Virus record (IMG/VR): IMGVR_UViG_2541047907_000002 | Coordinates: 1-47,077 of that record | DNA length: 47,077 bases | Source: a virus | Lineage: Duplodnaviria; Heunggongvirae; Uroviricota; Caudoviricetes | Reading direction: 5' to 3' (one strand) | In this document: positions 1 through 8,430 of the stretch, in pieces | Layout of the letters: the number at the start of each line of letters is the position of its first letter | How positions within the stretch are numbered: position 1 is the stretch's first letter | Made by a program: the position numbers and the translations under genes | The notes under the pieces: model-generated | Database searches by the model: none | What the model was told of the DNA's origin: nothing | What the model saw: only the letters and a program-made list of their open reading frames with translations

Positions 1-1131
1 TCAAATGACCAGTTTTTTCCACTCCTTACCGCGTGCATCGTTGTAAATATCAGTCATTTTTTGATTCGAATGACCTAGCAAAATTTGGGTATCAATTCCC
101 TGCTCTCTGAACAATCGCTCCGATAAAGATCTCTGCTCATGGAAAGAGGGTGGGGTGCCATTAGCACGCCAGTTGTAATCCACAGAATCCCGCGCTTTTT
201 TAAATGCAACGGTTAACGTTGCTGGCTTAACCATCCCGCCGCGCTTAGCTGTCCCTTTCGCGTGATGATGGTGCAATAGCCACGGACTAAGAACGCAATC
301 GCGACAGGATGACACCACATCATCCAGGGTGAGATTTAATTTATCGCAACGCAGAACCAGAGGGATGGCAATCCGGGTTCCTGTTTTTTGCTGTTCGACA
401 TGAAGATAACCATCCCGGATATCCGAAAATTGCATTTTGCAAATATCTGAAAGGCGCTGGCCTGTCACCAGTGCCAGCAGCATGCCGCGCTGTAAAAAGT
501 AACCATCCTTTTCCGCTGCGTTATAAATCATCATCCACTCATCAAAAGTCAGTCGCTGTCTTGATATCCGCACCTGCGGTTTTTTTGCCGATTCTGCAGG
601 GTTAAAGCCTGGCGGGACATCGCCTGTTTGCTGAGCTTCCCGGAAAACATCGATCAGCACCTTCCTGAAAATTTGTCCCATTCTGTTATGTCCTCTGGCC
701 TTGTACTCTTCCAGCACCGATACCACATCTTTTACGGTTATGGCATCTAACGGTCTGGTGCCAAAACGTTCATCAAATACCCTGAGAGGGGCCGCTTTTT
801 GTTTCAGCGTGTTGAGTTTGATCTCTCCGTTTTCATATCTTTCCTGTTGAATTTTTCTGTAATTATTCAGAAAAATGGAAACAGTTGATGAACCGCCGGT
901 ATCATTAATAATTTTCTCCTGCAGACTGAGCATTTGTTCCATTTGCTGCCTGGCAAGACGGCTGTTCGCTTCTGCTGCAATAGTTTCTGCCAGTTTCTGG
1001 TCAATACTGCCGAGACCGTGATTTTTGCCTGTTATGGGATGCCTGTAACGCCAGTAAACTTTGTTATTTCTTTTGTCAAAATATGGAGATAATCCCGGAA
1101 CATCGGTTTTATATTTTCGCGGGCGCGCCAT
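1..1131 (-). CDS. int: Phage tyrosine integrase (site-specific recombinase)
   Basis: 376 aa ORF at the prophage edge; C-terminal LLGHSNQKMTDIYNDA segment fits the tyrosine recombinase catalytic region (H..Y); start overlaps the upstream small basic ORF, the usual xis-int arrangement. Confidence 0.85.
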   Translation of the reverse strand: MARPRKYKTDVPGLSPYFDKRNNKVYWRYRHPITGKNHGLGSIDQKLAETIAAEANSRLARQQMEQMLSLQEKIINDTGGSSTVSIFLNNYRKIQQERYENGEIKLNTLKQKAAPLRVFDERFGTRPLDAITVKDVVSVLEEYKARGHNRMGQIFRKVLIDVFREAQQTGDVPPGFNPAESAKKPQVRISRQRLTFDEWMMIYNAAEKDGYFLQRGMLLALVTGQRLSDICKMQFSDIRDGYLHVEQQKTGTRIAIPLVLRCDKLNLTLDDVVSSCRDCVLSPWLLHHHHAKGTAKRGGMVKPATLTVAFKKARDSVDYNWRANGTPPSFHEQRSLSERLFREQGIDTQILLGHSNQKMTDIYNDARGKEWKKLVI

Positions 1132-1357
1132 CTTCCAGTATCCTCTTCAAAGCAGGATGATCTGTGGCGATCACCTCCGGCTTGTTTACCATTCCGACAA
1201 AGCGAGCTCGCGGATCCACTCGCCAGTGTCTTCCAACTTTTTTGGGGAGAGGAAATATCATTCCGGCTTTAGCGTATTTACTTAACGTGCCCGGAGTAGG
1301 GACCGGATCGCTGAATTCCTCTTTTGCCCACTCAGTGAGCAGAATAAGTCTTGCCAT
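1109..1357 (-). CDS. xis: Excisionase-like small DNA-binding protein
   Basis: 82 aa basic protein immediately upstream of int with a 23 nt overlap; position and size typical of lambdoid Xis. Confidence 0.55.
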   Translation of the reverse strand: MARLILLTEWAKEEFSDPVPTPGTLSKYAKAGMIFPLPKKVGRHWRVDPRARFVGMVNKPEVIATDHPALKRILEDGAPAKI

Positions 1358-1421
1358 GAGCGTCGTTCGCTAATCATGGTCGCCGCCACTATAGCTGGTG
1401 GGCGACGACCGGGGTTGAACA

Positions 1422-3893
1422 TTAAAAATCAGCCTGACTCGGGATCAGTTTTTGCCAGATAGCTGAAACGTATTTTGCTTGGTAACGAGCGTCATCAAGT
1501 GCATTATGGCGCTCACCTTCGAATGGGATAGCAGTTCTGGCATCGAAGTCTATGGCTTTCCCCAGCTCAACGATTGTGCGTACATCGCGATCGTTGTAGT
1601 AACGCCACGGGCAGGGGATCCCCTGCCGTTCGTATGAACGGCGTAAAATCGTGTTGTCGAAGTTGGCTCCATTTCCCCAGATCTGAACAAAAAACTCACC
1701 GGAGTTTTCGGCGATAAATTCCCGCAATTGCAGTAGTGCATCATCTAACGGGATTTCATCGGTCATAATGGCAGATTGCGCCTCGCGTGATTGCTTAAGC
1801 CACCATTTAATGGTGTCACGATCAATGACTCCGCCAGCAGTTTCCAGATCGATAGTCTTACTAAATTCCGGTCCCATATCTCCGGTTTGCGGATCGAAAA
1901 ATATTGCACCTATTGAGATAATCGGGGCATCAGGATTTTTTCCCATGGTTTCAAGGTCGATCATTAGATGGTCACACGTCCTGCTGGTGGATGTGATAAC
2001 GTGATGACCGTTCACCGTAATTAAGGGATCTGACGTCTCGCCAGTTTCACTATCGCTGACGTGGTCCTGAGCGCTGCCAGCATTCTCCTTGTGTGGATGT
2101 TCAGCGCCTTCCATTTTCTCCGAATCGTCTTCCTGAACTTCAACCTGGTTCTTGTCATCGAATGTTTCCTGGTATGTTGCGTCGCCCATCACCGCACCAC
2201 AATCAGGGCAGTTGCCGCCACCGCTCTGACCGCAGGCGGTGCAGATCTTTTCCGGTTCCTGTTGCACTACTGGTTCAGGTTGTTTCGTTTCTGGCTCGTT
2301 TTGTTGCGTATTTGGGCTGTTTTGTTCCGCTTTCTGGTCGTTCTGTTCCGTTTCTTGCTGGTTCTGGTTCACAGAATCGCGGGTTTCAATCCCCTTCACC
2401 CATTTCGGATCATTTGGATCGCTAATCCCTGCAACAAATTCACCACGTGATATTGCAAGCAGTTCATCGGCGTCAGGCTGGCTGATATTGGCTGCCTGCA
2501 TAATTTTGTTTACTTCGTCAGCGGTGACTTTTACCGGCCCTGGTTGTGCGGTCGTGTCAGATGCACCAGTATTTTGTTGTGAACCTGAGTATGTACCGTT
2601 TTTGCGGGCGAAATATTCTTCTTTCATGATTTCAGTAGCCCCGGCAGCCAGTGCCTTATCCAGACCAGAAAGTTTGTTTGCGCGACCGTATTTTTCGCCA
2701 TCCTTGTCGGTGAAGAGGAAGTAGAACGGCCCCTCACGCTCTACAGATGGTTCGACTTCCACTTTGCATTCGGTTTTTTCGTTGTCCGGAATTGCCGTTT
2801 CCACTGCATCAGTTTCTGGTACTGGCGACGAGAGAGTATCAGTTGCGCTCTGATTTCTTCCTTCATCTTCAAACACGCCCTTTGTAGTCAGGTATTCAGT
2901 AATGTATTTGTTCAGTGCCACAGGGTCTTTGTGAATGTCGATCGGACGTTCACGGACAAGGCCAAAAATAGTCTGGCGGTCGTAGCGAAGGGCATCAGGC
3001 TGTTTGCGCATTGATGCCGAGATACGCTTCCAGTCTTCGCGGTCGTTGTCGATAACTTCATTTTTTGCCCAGCGATGGATGCTGCCGTCAATGTTTCCGG
3101 CATCCACATCACCAGGCCAGAGAGCGTAGGCCAGTTCGTCATCCAGTGCTTTCCATGTCTGCTTGTATTCGCGATGAGTGGCAGCAATGACCGGGTTGAT
3201 TTTTCCTGTTGAACTTTCAGTGTGCTGTTGATTGGCTCTGGCGCGGGCGAGATCAACAACAGACGTGTATTTTCCGGTTTCCTTGCGTTCACCTTCGCGA
3301 CGTTTTTTCCAGATGCGCATCTCTGCCTGAATTTCGGGCCATTTGGCACCAGGCTTACATTTATGCTTAACCCACCCGATGGCATGCAGCTTAAGCTCCG
3401 GATACATGGCGTTAACTTCTGGCATTTTCATCAACGCTTCAACGATATGGCCGTCGAATGTTGCCATGTCTTCCTGCAACAATTCCTGTGCGCTAATCAC
3501 CATATCAACAGTGATGTTTTCACATGTGTCGAACTTAACCATGACAGCGTTCTGTACTTCAGGGGCCAGGTTGTCAAAAGTGACGTTCATCGGATCGGAT
3601 TCAGTCTCGACCGGAACAAAGGAAGCGGACGCCTCATCCCAGCGGTTTTCCTGCATATATTCAGCATCCCAGGAATCGAGGGCAGGGCGGGGTATACCGG
3701 GTTTATCCTCGCAGACAAGAAATTTATAAGCGCAGTCCTGAGCGGCCGGATATTGTTCCAGGAATTGCCAGTGAAATTTTGCGCGGGCGCGGCGTTCGTC
3801 GCCGGCTTCAATGGCAGTGGCTACAGCAACTGCACCTTCTTCCTTTATCGCCTGTTCGTCCGGAATGGCGGCGCAAATAAAGACTTTACTCAT
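1422..3893 (-). CDS. Large prophage exonuclease with C-terminal DEDDh (DnaQ-like) 3'-5' exonuclease domain and a central Cys4 zinc ribbon
   Basis: 823 aa; C-terminus carries MIDLETMG (Exo I D-x-E) and HNALDDARY (Exo III H-x4-D) motifs; central CTACG...CPDCG cluster; long acidic/Q-rich linker. Confidence 0.7.
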   Translation of the reverse strand: MSKVFICAAIPDEQAIKEEGAVAVATAIEAGDERRARAKFHWQFLEQYPAAQDCAYKFLVCEDKPGIPRPALDSWDAEYMQENRWDEASASFVPVETESDPMNVTFDNLAPEVQNAVMVKFDTCENITVDMVISAQELLQEDMATFDGHIVEALMKMPEVNAMYPELKLHAIGWVKHKCKPGAKWPEIQAEMRIWKKRREGERKETGKYTSVVDLARARANQQHTESSTGKINPVIAATHREYKQTWKALDDELAYALWPGDVDAGNIDGSIHRWAKNEVIDNDREDWKRISASMRKQPDALRYDRQTIFGLVRERPIDIHKDPVALNKYITEYLTTKGVFEDEGRNQSATDTLSSPVPETDAVETAIPDNEKTECKVEVEPSVEREGPFYFLFTDKDGEKYGRANKLSGLDKALAAGATEIMKEEYFARKNGTYSGSQQNTGASDTTAQPGPVKVTADEVNKIMQAANISQPDADELLAISRGEFVAGISDPNDPKWVKGIETRDSVNQNQQETEQNDQKAEQNSPNTQQNEPETKQPEPVVQQEPEKICTACGQSGGGNCPDCGAVMGDATYQETFDDKNQVEVQEDDSEKMEGAEHPHKENAGSAQDHVSDSETGETSDPLITVNGHHVITSTSRTCDHLMIDLETMGKNPDAPIISIGAIFFDPQTGDMGPEFSKTIDLETAGGVIDRDTIKWWLKQSREAQSAIMTDEIPLDDALLQLREFIAENSGEFFVQIWGNGANFDNTILRRSYERQGIPCPWRYYNDRDVRTIVELGKAIDFDARTAIPFEGERHNALDDARYQAKYVSAIWQKLIPSQADF

Positions 3894-3984
3894 TTTGTTT
3901 TACCTCATTACAGATTTAAGGGTGAACAAATCCCTGACATTGCTGACATATAAAAATGAAACCGGATATTTTTACGGGTCTGTT

Positions 3985-4176
3985 TTAAAGACCTGCGGGG
4001 ATTTCTTTATTGTTCTGATGAATCACCTTATCAACCGGATAACAGTTACCGGGAATTTTTTGTTCTTCTGCGGCAGCCATGCATTCCTTCATTGAGTTGT
4101 ACATGCCGGTGATTACATCAAGCGACTCGCCAGTATTGATATATACAGTCAGAACGAGTGCGAATAATGTGTTCAC
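3985..4176 (-). CDS. Hypothetical small protein (63 aa)
   Basis: ORF in the leftward early operon between Rha-like gene and exonuclease; overlaps the next ORF by 4 nt. Confidence 0.35.
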   Translation of the reverse strand: MNTLFALVLTVYINTGESLDVITGMYNSMKECMAAAEEQKIPGNCYPVDKVIHQNNKEIPAGL

Positions 4177-4361
4177 AGGTTCTCTCCGAAAATACCGAGT
4201 TCAAGAAGAGCAATTCTGGAAAGTATGGAATTATCATTGAGAAGATAAGGCTCATATTTTCTCATCTTAATGGCATCTTCAGTAAACTCCCGGTTACTGA
4301 GCAGAACACCAATATTAAAACATCCTTCAGACGTATTAACGTTCGGTAATAACGTTTCCAT
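4173..4361 (-). CDS. Hypothetical small protein (62 aa)
   Basis: ORF tightly packed downstream of the Rha-like gene on the minus strand. Confidence 0.35.
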   Translation of the reverse strand: METLLPNVNTSEGCFNIGVLLSNREFTEDAIKMRKYEPYLLNDNSILSRIALLELGIFGENL

Positions 4362-4371
4362 TATCGCGTCC

Positions 4372-4929
4372 TCAACAATGAATTTTTAGTAATTGCTCCA
4401 CAGTCATATTTTTAATTGCACTCCGGTTTACAAGAGTCCAGCCTTGTTTCTCCAGATAAAACTGGAAGGTATCCAGGGTGCAGACCATTGCGCCGTCAGG
4501 AACGGTTTCAGTGAATTTGATATTGCCGTGTTCGTCGAGACGGATAACCAGGGTGCGTCCGTCCCCGTGAATCATTTTGTCGGGAGACGGGGCGTTATTC
4601 TGGCGCAGTTCTTCCTCCATGCGATCGAACTCAGCAATGTAGGCTTCCTTGAATGCAGCTGCTTTTTTGCCGGTGAAGCCCATCACCAGGAAAACGAAGC
4701 CGTTTTTGGTGATTTGGTACATTGGGCGTTTTTTGCCTTGCTCATCAATATATTCGGCGGGCGCAAAATTGCGCTCGCTAAATTTCTGTGAGCATTCCAA
4801 GTTGTCGATTTTTTTCAGAACATCTTTATGCATTTTGCGGAAGAATTCCGCGATGGCGACAGACGTGGTGACGGCACGACCATTTTCTACGGTTACACAA
4901 GGGTGAGAAAGGGTAGGGATAGTAGCCAT
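4372..4929 (-). CDS. Rha-family phage regulatory protein
   Basis: Segment TTSVAIAEFFRKMHKDVLKKIDNL...SERNF...QGKKRPMYQITKNGFVFLVMGFTGKKAAAFKEAYIAEF matches the Phage_pRha pattern as recalled; start placed at internal ATG 4927-4929 preceded by AGAGG; the ORF is open up to 5226, so the true start is uncertain. Confidence 0.65.
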   Translation of the reverse strand: MATIPTLSHPCVTVENGRAVTTSVAIAEFFRKMHKDVLKKIDNLECSQKFSERNFAPAEYIDEQGKKRPMYQITKNGFVFLVMGFTGKKAAAFKEAYIAEFDRMEEELRQNNAPSPDKMIHGDGRTLVIRLDEHGNIKFTETVPDGAMVCTLDTFQFYLEKQGWTLVNRSAIKNMTVEQLLKIHC

Positions 4930-5412
4930 GATGGCAGCCTCTAGTGATAAGTTAGTTAACTCACCACCATGGCTTTCCACGACCATAAAGGTGGTGAGAC
5001 GTACAGGGGTGGAAATACCGGTCACTAGAGAACCCGGCCAGCCTTTCGGCTGCCCTGCACGCCCCACCATAATGCGAATGAGGCTGTGCTTAGCGCATAA
5101 AAAAACCGCTTTGGCGCGGTTATGCGCTCTAGTGAACATCGGGTTTCCACGCCCGGCACCCGTTTTATAAGGTGCAGGTGCACTATAATTCCACCCGTTC
5201 TGGTTTTCAATAGCTACATTCAACATTTTCTCTACCTTTCATCACCGAAGTGAACTTTGTTGATGCGGTGCCTGGTGCCTCCAGGTGACGTTAACCAGTT
5301 AACAATTAACGCCGGAATACAGAAGGATTCCCGTTACGCCAGTAAAAGGCCCCATCACTGTTTTAACTGTTCCGCGTGCGCATAGCCGCATTCACCGCAT
5401 CACAAAATTCAC

Positions 5413-5458
5413 TTTAAAAAGGGCGGGTATCACGGGGAAAACAAAACGGATACCCGCC
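5413..5458 (-). terminator. Putative intrinsic terminator for leftward transcription
   Basis: Perfect 10 bp stem GGCGGGTATC/GATACCCGCC (5422-5431 / 5449-5458) with a 17 nt loop; on the minus strand it is followed by a U-run (plus-strand TTTAAAAA at 5413-5420). Confidence 0.35.
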
Positions 5459-5792
5459 AAAGCTACTTCACATGGAGTGTTGCAGCGGGGTTGTCACTTA
5501 AGCGTATGGTCAACCTGACAACCCGGTGTCTTCAACGGGAACGAATAACCCCGCCATACTTACCGCCGCGCCATTTCGCGGAGTGCCACAACCGGAAGTG
5601 CACGGTCGAATTAAATTTAACGACACCGTACAGACAGAAGAACTTCGCCGTGCGCTTTCGTGTTATGTGCCTGCTTTTAACCACGTCAGGCGAGGTGGTT
5701 CCTGTCATTCCCCAACAACAAGAAATTTGTATAATCCGGATACCCCAACAACGAGAAGAGTGCTCAACGTGATAGCAGAACTGTCAGCGGCT

Positions 5793-6281
5793 ATGGCTGC
5801 GATAAAGGAGACAGCTGGTCTCGCAAAGGTTATTAATGACGCAAAAACGGATGCAGAAGTTAAAGCCGCAACTATTGAACTTCAGAACAAACTAATCACG
5901 CTTCAGGCGGAGTGCTTCTCTCTTGGTGATGCGATCCGTCTTCGTAACGAAGAGATAATGCTTCTCAAAGCAAAAATTGCAGAATTCGAAAACTTTCAGA
6001 TTCAGACTGAAGGTTATGTTCTTAACCAACTCGAATCGGGTGCTTTTGTATACTCGAAGGAGGAAACGGTGAATGGAGGCACTGTTACTATGCATCTTTG
6101 TCCAAAATGTTTTGGACAAAAGACAGTATCTATACTCCAGCCATTCCCGGTTAGCGAAGATGCGCCTTTTCATGAAAGTAAGTGTCTCCACTGTGAAAAC
6201 AAGTTTCTGATGAACAAAAATCCGGATTACATACCGCTGTCTTTTGATGAGATAGCGAGAACACTGGGCAGTAATCCGTAG
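5793..6281 (+). CDS. Hypothetical protein, coiled-coil N-terminus and C-terminal Cys4 zinc ribbon
   Basis: CPKC...CLHC pairs near the C-terminus; start set at ATG 5793; alternative starts at GTG 5769 or ATG 5526 cannot be excluded. Confidence 0.45.
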   Translation: MAAIKETAGLAKVINDAKTDAEVKAATIELQNKLITLQAECFSLGDAIRLRNEEIMLLKAKIAEFENFQIQTEGYVLNQLESGAFVYSKEETVNGGTVTMHLCPKCFGQKTVSILQPFPVSEDAPFHESKCLHCENKFLMNKNPDYIPLSFDEIARTLGSNP

Positions 6282-6408
6282 GTTATTGCTGTTGTGGATA
6301 TCCAGATTGTTAAAGAACATGCCGGATGCTTATCCGTGTCCGGCGCACGACCACACGTAGCAGCGTGTTGGTCTCCATTTTCAACCCAGAACCTCAATGG
6401 AGGATAAA

Positions 6409-6594
6409 ATGTCAGACAAGTTAATTAACCCATTTACCTATCCATCTGTTGCAGCTTTGAACTTAACAGTTGAGTTAATTCGGGCTGGCAAAATGTCATC
6501 CCCTTCAGAGGCGGCCAATTCAGTTATTACAATTCACAATATATTGAAAGAAGAAAAACAAGCCGCTATGGAGAAGACTGATAAAGAGCAATAA
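6409..6594 (+). CDS. Hypothetical small protein (61 aa)
   Basis: ATG at 6409 preceded by GGAGG with good spacing. Confidence 0.4.
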   Translation: MSDKLINPFTYPSVAALNLTVELIRAGKMSSPSEAANSVITIHNILKEEKQAAMEKTDKEQ

Positions 6595-6724
6595 AGGCTT
6601 CTCTGATTTCTTGAGCCAGTTTTTTAGCTGGCTCTACCTTTTCTGTCCCACCGTCCAAAATGAGAGATTTCAGTGTTTCTGCGGCGATTTTCTGAGTGTC
6701 TGGAGGTAAATCTTTAAATTCCAT
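6566..6724 (-). CDS. Hypothetical small protein (52 aa), not in the supplied ORF track
   Basis: Hand-translated minus-strand ORF MEFKDLPPDTQKIAAETLKSLILDGGTEKVEPAKKLAQEIREAFIALYQSSP; GAGG 7 nt upstream of the ATG; 11 nt downstream of the preceding minus-strand gene; 3' end overlaps the convergent ORF 6409-6594 by 29 nt. Confidence 0.3.
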   Translation of the reverse strand: MEFKDLPPDTQKIAAETLKSLILDGGTEKVEPAKKLAQEIREAFIALYQSSP

Positions 6725-6735
6725 CGTCAACCTCA

Positions 6736-6972
6736 TCAGTCAGTTTTTCTGGCTAACCAGCGACGCGCGCCAGTTTCGGTTTTAAACGTTTTGCTTTTGG
6801 TATACGTCATCGCGGTGAACGTGCCGTCCTGGTTTGGGAACACGCCGTACACCAGAGACTCGTTGTTGCCAGGAACGATAGTATCCATGCTGACCTCATT
6901 TCCCCTTAACGCCGGGGTAGCGGAACAAAAACCTGCTGCATAGTTAAAGTTGAACCCTGCCGTCATGTTCAT
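6736..6972 (-). CDS. Hypothetical protein (78 aa), first gene of the leftward early operon
   Basis: GAGG upstream of the start; sits directly downstream of the putative P_L-like promoter. Confidence 0.45.
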   Translation of the reverse strand: MNMTAGFNFNYAAGFCSATPALRGNEVSMDTIVPGNNESLVYGVFPNQDGTFTAMTYTKSKTFKTETGARRWLARKTD

Positions 6973-7039
6973 ACGCCTCGGGCTGGCTACTTACCCCCTG
7001 ACCACTGCCTGGTAACTCGAAGTATTGCCCTGCGTTCTG

Positions 7040-7115
7040 TGGGGCGGGGTGGGTTGGTATGTATATAATGTACTTTGTGTTCAGTGTTGTAAAGTACTTT
7101 AAGTACATTTTATGT
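7040..7115. promoter_or_regulatory. Putative leftward early promoter/operator region (P_L/O_L-like)
   Basis: Three related palindromic boxes AATGTACTTT (7067-7076), AAAGTACTTT (7091-7100) and AAGTACATTT (7101-7110); on the minus strand a TTACAA -35-like hexamer and a TATAT-rich -10-like segment bracket these boxes; the same ATGTACT core recurs between repressor and cro. Confidence 0.35.
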
Positions 7116-7183
7116 GTAAAAAAATGAGATGGGAAAAAGTGAAGCACAAACCCGGAGGGGGACGCTACCGGATTTATGCTGGT

Positions 7184-7603
7184 TTAAGAGGCTTTTTGTT
7201 TTTTCTTTCGTGCTAACTCTTCGTAAATTGCATTGTACTTCTGTTTTTTCTCCTCAAGAGTTTTTAAAAGTTCATCTGTCTCACTGTCAGGGAGCTCGTC
7301 CAGAAGATCAATGATGATTTTTTGTCTTGGATTTAACTCCTGATAGAAACGTACCTGTCCACTTTCTTCTGTATCCTCTCCCAAAAGATAGGTTGGTGTT
7401 GTTCCAATGAGTGTTGCTAATTCCCTTAATTTCTCTCGGCGAGGAATTGTTTCGCCATTAAACCATTTGCTAACCGCTTTTGGTGTTAATTTCATTCGAC
7501 GGGCAATTTCTGCCTGCCTTCCATGTTGTTCATAACCAGCGTTTTCACAGGCTAGCGCAAGCCTACTGGCGAACTCTTTACGCGCTTTATCTTCATGAAC
7601 CAT
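7184..7603 (-). CDS. Phage repressor, XRE-family helix-turn-helix (cI/DicA-like)
   Basis: 139 aa; N-terminal HTH segment QAEIARRMKLTPKAVSKWFNGETIP; divergently arranged with a Cro-like gene. Confidence 0.8.
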   Translation of the reverse strand: MVHEDKARKEFASRLALACENAGYEQHGRQAEIARRMKLTPKAVSKWFNGETIPRREKLRELATLIGTTPTYLLGEDTEESGQVRFYQELNPRQKIIIDLLDELPDSETDELLKTLEEKKQKYNAIYEELARKKKQKAS

Positions 7604-7682
7604 AAGTTCAATGATATTCGCTCTTGAATGTACTGTCAGTTCTGTTATAGCATGTACTCAAAGTTCACATTGTGAGGGTGAT
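7604..7682. promoter_or_regulatory. Repressor/cro intergenic operator-promoter region (O_R-like)
   Basis: 79 bp divergent intergenic region with two ATGTACT boxes (7628-7634, 7652-7658) sharing the core of the boxes at 7067-7110. Confidence 0.4.
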
Positions 7683-7937
7683 ATGAACCAGAAAACACTT
7701 GAAGATGTAATCAAAACTGTTCGCGTTTCTGTTGTGGCCGACGTTTGTGGTGTCAGCCAAAGAGCAATCTACAAATGGATGGATAACGGAAAATTGCCTC
7801 GCACTGAATATACCGGCGAAACAAATTACGCTGAAAAAATCGCTCATGCATCAAACGGATTATTTTCTGCCGATGCAATTTTAACTATTGGCAGAAATAA
7901 AACTACTACGAAAAAGCTGTTGGGAGTTGATTCATGA
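7683..7937 (+). CDS. Cro-like (YdaS-like) DNA-binding protein
   Basis: Start ATG 7683 preceded by GAGGGTG; HTH-like CGVSQRAIYKWMDNGKLP; divergent from the repressor. Confidence 0.6.
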   Translation: MNQKTLEDVIKTVRVSVVADVCGVSQRAIYKWMDNGKLPRTEYTGETNYAEKIAHASNGLFSADAILTIGRNKTTTKKLLGVDS

Positions 7938-8359
7938 AAATCAAGCATGAACACATCCGCATGGCGATGAATGCCTGGGCACATCCGGATGGCGAAAAAG
8001 TTCCGGCAGCTGAAATAACCCGGGCTTATTTTGAGTTGGGGCTGACGTTTCCTGAACTGTACGACGACAGCCATCCGGAAGCCCTGGCTCGCAATACCCA
8101 GAAAATTTTCCGCTGGGTGAAGAAAGACACCCCTGATGCTGTTGAAAAAATTCAGGCGTTGTTACCGGCGATCGAAAGGGCAATGCCACCTCCGCTCGTG
8201 GCCTGGATGCGCAGCCACAGTTCGGAATATCACCGGGAGCTTGTCGAGCGACGGGATCGGCTGATGAAAGATATAGATGAGCTCGTTGCATCAGCGATCG
8301 TTCTGTTCGATCAGATGAATCGTGGTGGTCCGGTGGGAAATATTGTGGTTGTGCATTGA
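7934..8359 (+). CDS. YdaT-like prophage protein (toxin-like family)
   Basis: 141 aa beginning MKIKHEHIRMAMNAWAHPDGEKVPAAEITRAYFELG, which matches the Rac-prophage YdaT family as recalled; start overlaps the cro-like stop by 4 nt. Confidence 0.55.
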   Translation: MKIKHEHIRMAMNAWAHPDGEKVPAAEITRAYFELGLTFPELYDDSHPEALARNTQKIFRWVKKDTPDAVEKIQALLPAIERAMPPPLVAWMRSHSSEYHRELVERRDRLMKDIDELVASAIVLFDQMNRGGPVGNIVVVH

Positions 8360-8430
8360 CTGACAATATTCATACCGGATCGCTTCCGGAAACTCGTGAG
8401 TAAAAAGATTCGGTATCAGAAGAGGTGAGT

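Noticed and set aside
2061-3953. Several plus-strand ORFs (2061-2450, 2093-2425, 2239-2724, 3222-3953, 3343-3729) inside the exonuclease gene
   Set aside because: All are antisense to a long, well-supported minus-strand CDS and have low-complexity translations; treated as shadow ORFs.
4930-5226. N-terminal extension of the Rha-like ORF up to 5226
   Set aside because: The Rha-like domain starts near the internal ATG at 4927-4929, which has a ribosome-binding site; the upstream 99 codons are Pro/Gly/Arg-rich and look non-coding. Kept as a possibility only.
5526-5792. Upstream start at 5526 for the zinc-ribbon protein, and the overlapping ORF 5491-5772
   Set aside because: The extension is low-complexity and lies in what looks like an intergenic regulatory interval; the shorter start was preferred without strong proof.
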